Of a DNA stretch of 64,000 nucleotides, positions 26,522 through 35,381 are shown piece by piece (within the stretch, counting starts at the first letter, position 1; every line of letters begins with the position of its first letter). This DNA comes from a virus (taxonomy: Duplodnaviria; Caudoviricetes), in the IMG/VR virus record IMGVR_UViG_2695421015_000001, positions 61,537 to 125,536 of that record. One strand, 5' to 3'. A program made the position numbers and the translations under genes. The notes under the pieces were generated by a model that saw only the letters and a list, made by a program, of their open reading frames with translations, ran no database searches and was not told the DNA's origin.

Positions 26522-27057
26522 AGCGTCTGTTGCGGTACAATTCGCGGCACATGCTGCATTTCCCGGGCGACGGGAAGATGCCGCAGCTCAATCCGCTCAG
26601 CTACTCCAGTCAGAGCAAGAGCGGCAAGCGCACGAAATCGCTCCACGAGCCGTTGCGGATGTTTCGTTTGCGCCAGCGGCTGTTCTGCTTTGCCGGCCGA
26701 CAGCGGTGCGGTGAGCGCGGCGAAGGCGCTTCGACGCCGGACACCTGGGACCTCGGGCCCGACGATAACCGGACTTGCTCCCACTGCGGTTCGATCCATC
26801 CCGACGACCTGATGGAGATTTGCCGCAAGACCCTTGTGGACGATCGATACGGCATCGAGGGGACCACCAAAAGCTACAAGGTCTATGTGCGTCAGCCGGG
26901 CGTGAGAAACGCCAGCGAGGGCGCCATCAAGTTTTACAAATGGCACGCGCCGGAAAGCCCGACCGAAGAGGATCAGGAGCTTTTCGCCCGCGCGTGCCGC
27001 GTGACGAGAGAACGATTTGACGCGCAGTGGGCCAAGACCCGCGCGTCCGCTTCGTAA
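26518..27057 (+). CDS. Hypothetical protein with CSHCGS motif
   Basis: ATGA-coupled ORF. Confidence 0.65.
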   Translation: MKRLLRYNSRHMLHFPGDGKMPQLNPLSYSSQSKSGKRTKSLHEPLRMFRLRQRLFCFAGRQRCGERGEGASTPDTWDLGPDDNRTCSHCGSIHPDDLMEICRKTLVDDRYGIEGTTKSYKVYVRQPGVRNASEGAIKFYKWHAPESPTEEDQELFARACRVTRERFDAQWAKTRASAS

Positions 27058-27078
27058 GTCACCTTCCACGAAATTCTC

Positions 27079-27186
27079 GCGCGCCTTCCGGGGACGGAAG
27101 GAGAGCGCGGATCAAGCGAACCGAAAGCCCGCCGGGGACGGCGAGGGCTCGCGGATCGCGCACGCCTGCCACCGGGGACGGTGGTC
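27079..27186 (+). promoter_or_regulatory. Three hairpins with identical CCG-GGGA-CGG apex in the capsid 5' UTR
   Basis: ccttCCGGGGACGGaagg, cgCCGGGGACGGcg and ccaCCGGGGACGGtgg. Confidence 0.8.
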
Positions 27187-27226
27187 ACACCCGCACATCC
27201 ACTCATTCAAAATTCGGAGAAACACG

Positions 27227-28834
27227 ATGAACGCAATCGTGCGTAACATCGCATACAGCGAGCATCTGCCGCTGGAACTGCAAAAGGGCTGGGCGCCCAT
27301 CTACGGTCAGGGCGGCAACATCGACCGCGCTGCCATCGCCGCTGAAGTCGCGAGCTTCCTCGCCTCGGTGCAGAAGACGCAGGCCGTCAAGGACTTCGTT
27401 CCGGACTTCCTGTCCAAGAGCACCTTCCAGCAGGCCGGTTCGGCCACCTCGGGCCTGACCTACTACGATCTCGAGCTCGGCGCGAAGTTCGTCTATCCCG
27501 TGCTGACGCCGCTGCGCAATGAGATCCCGCGCGTCACCGGAAAAGGGGGCATCCAAGCCGCCTGGAGGGCGGTCACCGGCGTCAACACCGGCGGCATGCG
27601 GATCGGCGTCTCGTCCGGCAACCGCGGCGGTGTGCAGGCGGTCTCCACGCAGGACTATTCTGCGGCTTACCGCGGGCTCGGCCTGGAAACCAACGTCGAC
27701 TTCGAGGCCGAATACGCCGGCCGCGGCTTCGACGACATCCGCGCGATCGCGGCCAAGGTCGGCCTCGAAGCCACGATGATCGGCGAAGAGGGCGTGCTGC
27801 TCGGCGGCAACACCTCGTTGCAGCTCGGCATCACACCGACCCCGACGGTGACCGCCTCGGCCACTGGCGGCGCGCTTGCGGCGGCGACCTATTCGGTCAT
27901 CTGCGTCGCGCTCGCGTTCGACGCTGTGCTCTACGGCTCGATCGCTGGCGGCATCCAGGCCTCCATCACCCGCACCAACGCTGACGGCTCGTCCGACACC
28001 TTCGGTGGCGGCTCGGCCCAGAAGTCGGCCAACGCCACCGGCACCGTGGCCACCGGCACCGCCGGCTCGCTCACCGCGACCGTCACCCCCGTCACCGGCG
28101 CCTGCGGCTACGCATGGTTCTGGGGCGCAGCGGGTTCGGAAGTGCTCGGCGCTATCACGACCATCAACTCGGTCGCGATCGTGGCTGCTGCAACCGGCAC
28201 CCAGACGGCGGCGTCGCTGCCGGCGGGAGACTTCTCGACCAACAGCCTCGTGTTCGACGGCATCATCACCCAGATCCTCAAGAATGGGTCGAATGCCTAC
28301 TTCGCGATCCAGTCGAGCGGCACCGCAGGTGTCGGCACCCCGCTCACCGCGGATGGCTCCGGTGGCATCGTCGAGATCGACATGGCGCTGAAGGATCGTT
28401 GGGATAACTACCGCCTGTCGCCCGACACCATCTGGGTGAACTCGCAGGAGGCGCTCAACATCTCGAAGAAGATCCTGCAGGGCAACAGCAATGCGGCCCA
28501 GCGCTTCGTCTTCGACAGCCGGCAGGACTCGCTCGGCGGCGGCATCATGGTGCGCTCGTACCTGAACCGCTTCTCGATGGGCGGCGCCAAGTCCCTCGAC
28601 ATCCGCATCCATCCGAACATGCCGCCCGGCACGATCGTGATGACCAGCCGCTCGCTGCCGTACCCCGTGTCCGGCATCGCGAACGTGCTGCAGGTGCGGG
28701 CACGGCAGGATTACTACCAGATCGAGTGGCCGCTGCGGACCCGCAAGTACGAGTCCGGCGTGTACTGCGACGAGGTGCTGCAGTGCTACTTCCCGCCCGC
28801 TTTCGCGGTGATCACCAACATCGGTAACGGCTAA
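27227..28834 (+). CDS. Major capsid protein with Thr/Gly-rich insertion domain
   Basis: GGAGA RBS; YDLE..AK..YPVLTPLRN.IPRV; QDYYQIEWP; AFAVITNI C-terminus; position after the protease. Confidence 0.85.
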   Translation: MNAIVRNIAYSEHLPLELQKGWAPIYGQGGNIDRAAIAAEVASFLASVQKTQAVKDFVPDFLSKSTFQQAGSATSGLTYYDLELGAKFVYPVLTPLRNEIPRVTGKGGIQAAWRAVTGVNTGGMRIGVSSGNRGGVQAVSTQDYSAAYRGLGLETNVDFEAEYAGRGFDDIRAIAAKVGLEATMIGEEGVLLGGNTSLQLGITPTPTVTASATGGALAAATYSVICVALAFDAVLYGSIAGGIQASITRTNADGSSDTFGGGSAQKSANATGTVATGTAGSLTATVTPVTGACGYAWFWGAAGSEVLGAITTINSVAIVAAATGTQTAASLPAGDFSTNSLVFDGIITQILKNGSNAYFAIQSSGTAGVGTPLTADGSGGIVEIDMALKDRWDNYRLSPDTIWVNSQEALNISKKILQGNSNAAQRFVFDSRQDSLGGGIMVRSYLNRFSMGGAKSLDIRIHPNMPPGTIVMTSRSLPYPVSGIANVLQVRARQDYYQIEWPLRTRKYESGVYCDEVLQCYFPPAFAVITNIGNG

Positions 28835-28922
28835 GGCCGTCGCCTGATCGGAGGAGCGCGCGTACGCCGCGCGCTCCTCTCTTTCCCCATTCCTTTTCCC
28901 CCACCACCTTTCGGAGAACCCC

Positions 28923-29249
28923 ATGGTCCGCCTGTTCGCCCCCAATGGCGCCACCCACTTTTCGCACAACGGCCACGAGTTTGAGGTCGGCGCAGACGGA
29001 TGGGTCGAAGTCGCCCCCCACGTCGCTGCCGATTTGCGCAGTCACGGCTTCAAGGATGCGCCGCCTCCGCCCAGCGAAACCGTCTCTGTCAAGCGCAGTG
29101 ACCTGCTCGCAGCGCTTGAGAAGCTCGGCACCGCCGCCAACCCTGACATGGATGCAGACAAGCTCGCCGCTGCGCTGGCCGCTGCTGTGGCCACCAAGGA
29201 GACCAAGAGGGCGACAACGCTCTCCATCGACAAGAACAAGGGCGCCTAA
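28923..29249 (+). CDS. Small post-capsid protein
   Basis: GGAG RBS; N-terminal domain resembles the TerL tail and the 21023/22486 N-termini. Confidence 0.7.
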   Translation: MVRLFAPNGATHFSHNGHEFEVGADGWVEVAPHVAADLRSHGFKDAPPPPSETVSVKRSDLLAALEKLGTAANPDMDADKLAAALAAAVATKETKRATTLSIDKNKGA

Positions 29250-29275
29250 TAAGGCGCGCCTGAACTGGACGAGAC

Positions 29276-29545
29276 ATGGCGGCATCTATGCAGCTGAGGG
29301 GTTGCCCGTGCCCGGCGTGTTCCTCGTCCCGTTCTTCGATGCTCGGCTCGCTGCCGATACCTCGCGGCACGATCGAGTTGCCCGTGCCGGCGCGCATCGA
29401 GAGCGCGGCCGTCCCCGACGCCGTCGAGATTAAGCCCGAGCCGCCCTTCACGCCATCGACGCGCACATTCATCGCGCGACCCGATCGTGGGCGCACCGTA
29501 TCGGCGCCGGCGTCCCGATCCGTTGCCGTGCCCGCGAAAGAGTAA
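29276..29545 (+). CDS. Hypothetical virion protein (start uncertain)
   Basis: ORF in the structural operon. Confidence 0.45.
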   Translation: MAASMQLRGCPCPACSSSRSSMLGSLPIPRGTIELPVPARIESAAVPDAVEIKPEPPFTPSTRTFIARPDRGRTVSAPASRSVAVPAKE

Positions 29546-29557
29546 GGAACCGCTCCA

Positions 29558-30445
29558 ATGATGTTCTGGGATAGCGGTAAGGCGCCTGCCGCAGTCGAGG
29601 ACTTCGACATCGATTGGACCGTCGCCCTCAACGGCGACACCATCACGGCGTCGTCCTGGGCGATCACCGGCGGTGACGCTCCGGCCTCCGGCACGCTGGC
29701 AATCACCTCGAACAGCTTCACCACGACGCTGGCCAAGGTCGTGCTGTCGGCCGGCAACCTTGGCATCACTTATACGCTCACCAACACGGTAACGACCGCT
29801 GCCGGCCAGACGCTGGTCGAGTCGGTCCAGCTGCCGGTCCGCGCTCCCGTCGTTTCGTTGACGACGCTGGCGAATGCCTTGCAGTGGCTGGGCCTCACCG
29901 CGGACGATGACGGCTACGTCTCCCGGGTGCTCGCCACCATTTCGACCGAAATCCAGAACTGGCTCGGCTTCCAGGTCGCGCAGGCGAGCTACTCGCGCAG
30001 CTTCGACGGGCAGGGCACGAGCAAATTCTTCGTGCCGGACATCCCGCTGGTTTCCGTGCAGTCGCTCACCATCGACGGCGTCACGATCCCGAAGGGCGTG
30101 AACGGTACCTACCGGCCCGGCTTCTACAACAACAACCAGTCGATCAACCTGATCGGCTTCTTCTTCACCCGCGGCTTCCAGAACATTCAGGCCGGCTACA
30201 CCTCGGGCTACCAGACGGTGCCGCCGGATATCGAGCAGGCCTGCCTCGACTGGACCAAGAACGTCTACCTCAGCGGCAAGCAGGTCAGCATCCCGTCGAA
30301 CATCGTGCGGGTCGCGGCCGGCGATACCTCATTCGACTATGGCGGCAGCGGCTCCGTCACCGACGTCACCAAACTCCCGATGCCGTCGGGCATTTACGCG
30401 GTGCTGCAGAACTATCGCCGCGTCACACAAATCAGCGGGTGGTGA
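29558..30445 (+). CDS. Head-tail connector with N-terminal fibre-adaptor-like domain
   Basis: K.P....DF.IDW...L.GDTI..SSW domain plus Y.SGY..VP.DIEQAC connector motif. Confidence 0.8.
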   Translation: MMFWDSGKAPAAVEDFDIDWTVALNGDTITASSWAITGGDAPASGTLAITSNSFTTTLAKVVLSAGNLGITYTLTNTVTTAAGQTLVESVQLPVRAPVVSLTTLANALQWLGLTADDDGYVSRVLATISTEIQNWLGFQVAQASYSRSFDGQGTSKFFVPDIPLVSVQSLTIDGVTIPKGVNGTYRPGFYNNNQSINLIGFFFTRGFQNIQAGYTSGYQTVPPDIEQACLDWTKNVYLSGKQVSIPSNIVRVAAGDTSFDYGGSGSVTDVTKLPMPSGIYAVLQNYRRVTQISGW

Positions 30446-30447
30446 AC

Positions 30448-30603
30448 ATGACCAGCAAATCGAAAGAGCGCAACGTCGTCGGCGAGCATATGCGTGAGAT
30501 CGCCAAGAGGGTCGCCGCCGAGAAGATCAGGCGCGCCAACGCCTATGCGAGGCAGCTTGCCAAGGCGCACATCACAATGCTGTTCGGCGGGGACGACGAG
30601 TAA
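30448..30603 (+). CDS. Small hypothetical protein (51 aa)
   Basis: Read manually; fills the gap exactly. Confidence 0.5.
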   Translation: MTSKSKERNVVGEHMREIAKRVAAEKIRRANAYARQLAKAHITMLFGGDDE

Positions 30604-30984
30604 ATGCTGTATCCGCGCCGTATCGAAATCCACCGCCTCAAGACGGTGGCCGGCGCGAGCGACGACGTGATCGGCCTGACCGGCTATTCAGGCGCCGAAG
30701 CCTCGACCAGCGCCTCCGACCCTAACGGCGAGACCGTTCTCTTCACCAACATCCCCGCCAACATTCAGTCGGGCCCCGGCGGTCGCAAGCGCGACAGCTC
30801 GCTTCCGCAGGACGCGGTCACCAACCCGTCGTGGATTATCTACATTCCGATCACGGCGCTGCCGGCGGGCGCCATCCGCGACCGCGACATCATCGTCGAC
30901 GACAGGCAGTACCGCTACGAGGTCGGGCAGGATTACTGCAATATTTTGGGCTGGAAGATCACCTGCCTCCGCCTGGAGGCGTGA
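30604..30984 (+). CDS. Head closure/neck protein
   Basis: IRDRDIIVD...RYEV motif; synteny. Confidence 0.7.
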   Translation: MLYPRRIEIHRLKTVAGASDDVIGLTGYSGAEASTSASDPNGETVLFTNIPANIQSGPGGRKRDSSLPQDAVTNPSWIIYIPITALPAGAIRDRDIIVDDRQYRYEVGQDYCNILGWKITCLRLEA

Positions 30985-30986
30985 CG

Positions 30987-31145
30987 ATGGTTCGCTTTCG
31001 TCTCGTCGTCACCATCCGCTGGTGGGTGTACCCGCTGATCGAGTTGGCGAAATTCAACCTCTTCATCGGCATCCCGGTCGACACCGATCGTCTGGCCCAG
31101 ATCATCGCCAAGCACGGCCTCAAGATCAAGTTCAAGGCTGAGTAA
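30987..31145 (+). CDS. Small hypothetical protein
   Basis: GGAGG RBS; ATG at 30987. Confidence 0.55.
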   Translation: MVRFRLVVTIRWWVYPLIELAKFNLFIGIPVDTDRLAQIIAKHGLKIKFKAE

Positions 31146-32021
31146 ATGGCCGACCTTTCCGATCTCACCGCCTATCTGGCGCAGCAGGCGGCGAGCGCCG
31201 TCTATCCGAGCGGCACAAGCTCCGCATCGGTCGCCAATATGGACTGCCGTATTTTCGAAGGCTGGCCGATACCCAATCAGCTCGACCTCGACATGGCCGG
31301 CAAGATGCAGAATGCCGATGGCGAGGTCGTGTCTCGCCCCGGCGGCCCCGTCGCCAACGTCTCGATCTTCCCGATGCAGGGGACTGGCGTCAACGTCTAC
31401 CAGAACCTCGACAAGACCTACGTCATACAGGCGCCGAGCTACGGGATGACGTTCTCTCTCGATGGCGACACCATCACCGTGACAGGCCAGCCGAAGACCG
31501 GCGAGTACCTGACGCTCATCATCGACGATGGTGTGGTCTGCTCGCAAGGAGGCGCCACCACGGCGGCGCTTCTCGCCGCACTCGCCACTGAGGCGCAGGG
31601 CAGCGGGTATTCCGGCGCGAGTTCGACCGCCGACACACTGACCGTTCCTGCCGGGCATTCTCTCGTGGTGCGACAGGGCGGCACCGGCAAGCTCGGCAAA
31701 GCCACGCATCGTCAGCGCCACTCCGTCATGGTGACGGTGTGGGCGCCGAACCAAGCAACCCGCGCGACGCTCGCCAAGGCGATCGACAACCTGATCAAGC
31801 AGACGATCAGGGCGTCGATGCCTGACACGTCGCAGGCAACCATTCTCTACAACCGCACCAACGTCATCGACGAGCAGCAGTCGCAGACGATCTATCGACG
31901 CGATCTGATCTACGACGTCGAATACGCCACCGTCGAGCAGTTCGTCGGCTACGTCATCACCTCGACCCAGACGTCGATCGCGAAGCCACAGAACGTCGCA
32001 ATCGCAACCGCAACCACCTAA
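31146..32021 (+). CDS. Tail completion/terminator protein
   Basis: Precedes the sheath gene; IYRRDLIY.VEY motif. Confidence 0.7.
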   Translation: MADLSDLTAYLAQQAASAVYPSGTSSASVANMDCRIFEGWPIPNQLDLDMAGKMQNADGEVVSRPGGPVANVSIFPMQGTGVNVYQNLDKTYVIQAPSYGMTFSLDGDTITVTGQPKTGEYLTLIIDDGVVCSQGGATTAALLAALATEAQGSGYSGASSTADTLTVPAGHSLVVRQGGTGKLGKATHRQRHSVMVTVWAPNQATRATLAKAIDNLIKQTIRASMPDTSQATILYNRTNVIDEQQSQTIYRRDLIYDVEYATVEQFVGYVITSTQTSIAKPQNVAIATATT

Positions 32022-32039
32022 CACAAGGGGTGCCATCCC

Positions 32040-32195
32040 GTGAATTACCACCTGATCTGCGTCCACCCCTTCGGCAAGTACGTCAAAGGGCAGAAGATCA
32101 CCGACCCGGCTCTTGTCGAGCAGCTGCGCAAGGCTCGCGACCGTCACTTCGTAAAGATCCCTGCGCCCGCCGCTGAGCCCGCGAAGGCCGAGTAA
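32040..32195 (+). CDS. Small protein (MNYHLICVHPFGKYVKGQKITDP...)
   Basis: Read manually; GTG start; typical small pre-sheath gene. Confidence 0.6.
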   Translation: MNYHLICVHPFGKYVKGQKITDPALVEQLRKARDRHFVKIPAPAAEPAKAE

Positions 32196-32233
32196 TCGCG
32201 CAGCCGACCAACCCACCCATCCCTTTCCCGATG

Positions 32234-32259
32234 AACCCGCCCTTTGAGGCGGGTTTTTT
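32234..32259 (+). terminator. Intrinsic terminator
   Basis: aacccgcc-ctttga-ggcgggtt-tttt. Confidence 0.75.
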
Positions 32260-32275
32260 ATTGGAGCCAACTTAA

Positions 32276-34237
32276 ATGTCCAACACCTTCCTTGATGGGC
32301 AGCAGAACCTTTCGGCGCTGACGGTCCCCGGCGTCTATGGCGATATCGTCCTGCCCACCGGGATGATCCTCGGCACGGCCACGAATATCGAGGGCCTTGT
32401 CGGCGTCGGAAGCTGGGGCCCGCTCAATGCGCGCATCCCGATGTCGACCCCCGCCGATGCTGCGCTCAACGTCGGCCCTCCGGTGATCCGGCCCTACGAC
32501 ATCTCGACGTACATTGCTGCGGCGTCGCAGGTTGGCGGCGCGATCGGCTTCTACGGCATCCGCGTCTCCGACGGCACCGATACGGCCGCGACTGCGACGA
32601 TCCAGTCCGCGATCACGATCACCGGCAAATACACCGGCATTCTCGGCAACGGCATCCAGTTCTCGATCCAGAACGGCAGCCTGGCCAACAGCTTCATGGG
32701 CGTCGTGGCCTTCCCGGGCTATCCGCCGGAGCAGTTCAACAACATTCTTGGGCCGACGCCCGCGAGCGCCGCCTATACGTTCTCTGCCAATCCGGCGGCG
32801 AATGACGTGATCACCATTGCCGGCACCGCGGTTACCTTCGTGAACGCAACTCCGACCGGAAACGAGGTGCTGATCGGCACGACTCTGGCCTTCACGCTGT
32901 CGAACCTGCTGGCGATGCTGCTGACTTCGACCGATACGGGCCTGTCGAAGTGCAACTACGCCCTTGCCGGCAGCGTGCTGAAGGTTATCGCCAGCCAGAC
33001 CGCCGACGGCGGCGTTAATGCCGGCACCGCCGGCAATTCGTTGACGGTGGCGAAAACCTCGACAGCCATCACGGTGTCGGGAGCCACACTCTCCGGCGGC
33101 ACCGGCACCTGGCAGACGTTCTGGACCAATCTCGCCAACGCCATCAACAACGGCACGCCCTATCACGGGCCCTCTGCCTATGTGATCGCCACCGCGGAGA
33201 CCTCGACAGTGGCTCCGACCCTGTCGACGACGGTCCAGCTCTCTGGCGGAACCGACGGTGCAGCAAACGTCACCGACGCGACGCTGATGGGTGAGGACGT
33301 CTCGCCGCGCACCGGCATGTATGCGCTGCGCAACTCGCTGTGCGACTGCTTCACGCTGTGCGATCTGTCGACGGAAGCCGACTACGCGGCGATCGTGTCG
33401 TTCGGTCTTTCCGAGACCATGCTGCCGATCTTCGCCACGACCTCGGGCGACACCGTCGCCGACGCGCTCTCGATCCGGGTCAATGCCGGCATCGACAGTC
33501 CATGGTTCTGGCTGATCGTGGGCGACTATCCGACGTTTTATGACAGCTACAACGGCGTCTCGCGTCTCATCAATCCGAGCGCGTTCGGCATCGGCATCGT
33601 CGGCAATCTGTCGCCGCAGCAGTCGCCGTTGAACAAGCCGCTGCAGGGCGTCTCCGCCACGCAGACCTCGACGCTGGGCCAAACCTACAGCGACACCGAA
33701 CTGTCGCAGATCAACACCGGCGGCATCGACGTCATCCTGCCGGCGTCCCAGTCGCCGGGCGGGAACTACTACTCGTTCGCCACGGGCCGCAACGCTTCGA
33801 GCAACACGGCGGCGAACGGCGTCGAATACACCCGCATGACCAACTTCCTGATCCGCGCCGCGCAGAGCAAGGCGGCCGGCAGCTTCATTGGTCAGTTGCA
33901 GTCGATCCAGCCGACCGACGAGACGCGCGCAAACGCAAAGTCTCTGTTCGACGGCTTCTCGGCGCAGCTTGCGTCCGCGTCGGTAGGTCTCGGCATCAAC
34001 GGACAGGGCATGATCGACACGCCTTGGCTGGTGCAGTGCGACGCCAACAACAACCCGGCCAACCTGCAGGCGCTCGGTTACCTGTTCCTCTACTGGCAGG
34101 TCCGCTACCTCAACGTCATCCGATATTTCGTCGTCAAATTCCAGGGCGGCGGCAACGTCACGGTGACGGTGCAGTCCACGCCGCCGAGCCCGTCGCAGTT
34201 CACGAGCGCGGCCAACACCTCGACGACGCAGTCCTAA
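32276..34237 (+). CDS. Contractile tail sheath protein
   Basis: VPGVY, SWGPLN, LSGGTDG, V.CDA.NN...LG.L...QVRYL motifs. Confidence 0.9.
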   Translation: MSNTFLDGQQNLSALTVPGVYGDIVLPTGMILGTATNIEGLVGVGSWGPLNARIPMSTPADAALNVGPPVIRPYDISTYIAAASQVGGAIGFYGIRVSDGTDTAATATIQSAITITGKYTGILGNGIQFSIQNGSLANSFMGVVAFPGYPPEQFNNILGPTPASAAYTFSANPAANDVITIAGTAVTFVNATPTGNEVLIGTTLAFTLSNLLAMLLTSTDTGLSKCNYALAGSVLKVIASQTADGGVNAGTAGNSLTVAKTSTAITVSGATLSGGTGTWQTFWTNLANAINNGTPYHGPSAYVIATAETSTVAPTLSTTVQLSGGTDGAANVTDATLMGEDVSPRTGMYALRNSLCDCFTLCDLSTEADYAAIVSFGLSETMLPIFATTSGDTVADALSIRVNAGIDSPWFWLIVGDYPTFYDSYNGVSRLINPSAFGIGIVGNLSPQQSPLNKPLQGVSATQTSTLGQTYSDTELSQINTGGIDVILPASQSPGGNYYSFATGRNASSNTAANGVEYTRMTNFLIRAAQSKAAGSFIGQLQSIQPTDETRANAKSLFDGFSAQLASASVGLGINGQGMIDTPWLVQCDANNNPANLQALGYLFLYWQVRYLNVIRYFVVKFQGGGNVTVTVQSTPPSPSQFTSAANTSTTQS

Positions 34238-34338
34238 TCCGATCGGGCGGCCGCAGCGAGCGGCCGCCGATCACCTTCACCCGAAAATTCAAAAACTGAT
34301 GCCGACGTGCGCAAGCCGCGCGGCGAAGGAGCGATTCT

Positions 34339-34776
34339 ATGCCCGTTAATGGAATGAATGTCGGCGTCGACTATTCCATCAGCTACTACGATGGCACGTC
34401 CGGAACGCTGATCGACCTCGGCGACGTCCAGGACGTGAGGATTTCGGCGCAGAAGCACGACATCAAGTCGATGCCGTACAACGCGCCGCCCCGCTACGGC
34501 TTCGTGCCCGACGGGTTCAAGATCGACTTCACGATCACGCGCACCGGCTCGGCCATCGAGGACTTCATGGTGGCGGCCGAAGCCTCGTTCAACGCCGGCC
34601 AGGTGCAGAGCGCCGGCTATCTCAACGAGACCATCACCAATCCCGACGGCAGCGTGTCGCGCTACCAGTACACGGGCTTCGTGGTCTTCCTGACCGACCA
34701 CGGCAACATCTCGCGCGACAAGAACGTCACGCTTGCGCTGACGGGATACGCCTCCACCAAGGTCTCGATCGCTTAA
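34339..34776 (+). CDS. Tail tube protein
   Basis: 145-aa beta-rich ORF after the sheath; ETITNPDGSVSRYQY. Confidence 0.8.
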   Translation: MPVNGMNVGVDYSISYYDGTSGTLIDLGDVQDVRISAQKHDIKSMPYNAPPRYGFVPDGFKIDFTITRTGSAIEDFMVAAEASFNAGQVQSAGYLNETITNPDGSVSRYQYTGFVVFLTDHGNISRDKNVTLALTGYASTKVSIA

Positions 34777-34815
34777 GCGATCCCACCGCCAACCCTCCCC
34801 ACAGGAAAAAAGTAA

Positions 34816-35199
34816 ATGACCACGCAAAGCGAGATCATTCTCGCGCGCTACAAGCGCGTCGAGAGGGAAGCCGACGCCTTTGGGCGTCTGATCGGTGTCC
34901 GCAAGCTTAAACCGAGTGAGCAGACCAAGGTCGCCGGCTACACCGCCGACCTCTCCGGCGCCGACGAGGTCTTCACTCCGGACGGAAGGAAGGTCAACTT
35001 TCCGCACCGCATACCGCTCTTGGTCGCGGCTGCGGTCTGCGAGATCGACAACTTGCCGATCCCGTTCGCGAAGAGCCGCGCCGAACTCGATGCGATCTAT
35101 GATCGTCTCGACGAAGAGGGTCTTGCCGCCGCAAGCCGCGCCGTCGCGCGGCTGCAGGTCGATGCTGTTACTGATCCGAACGACGCCGCAAAAAACTAA
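34816..35199 (+). CDS. Tail assembly chaperone (G)
   Basis: Synteny; ends at slippery A-AAA-AAC-TAA. Confidence 0.8.
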   Translation: MTTQSEIILARYKRVEREADAFGRLIGVRKLKPSEQTKVAGYTADLSGADEVFTPDGRKVNFPHRIPLLVAAAVCEIDNLPIPFAKSRAELDAIYDRLDEEGLAAASRAVARLQVDAVTDPNDAAKN

Positions 35200-35375
35200 C
35201 CGAGGACTCCGTTCTCCGGCTCATTTGCTGGAACATCAAGAACGGAGTCCCGTTCGACGTCGCCCACGAGATGGATGACTGGGAGATGCTTGGCTACGCC
35301 ATCATTTTCGCCCAGCTCGAAAACGGCAACAAAGAGTGGGACTGGGACGGCATGCGCTTCATCGATCGGCGGTAA
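35190..35375 (+). CDS. -1 frameshift extension of the tail assembly chaperone (GT)
   Basis: Slippery heptamer AAAAAAC at 35190-35196; -1 frame open to TAA at 35375 (LTEDSVLRLICWNIKNGVPFDVA...). Confidence 0.75.
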   Translation, partial: KKLTEDSVLRLICWNIKNGVPFDVAHEMDDWEMLGYAIIFAQLENGNKEWDWDGMRFIDRR

Positions 35376-35381
35376 CGTCTC

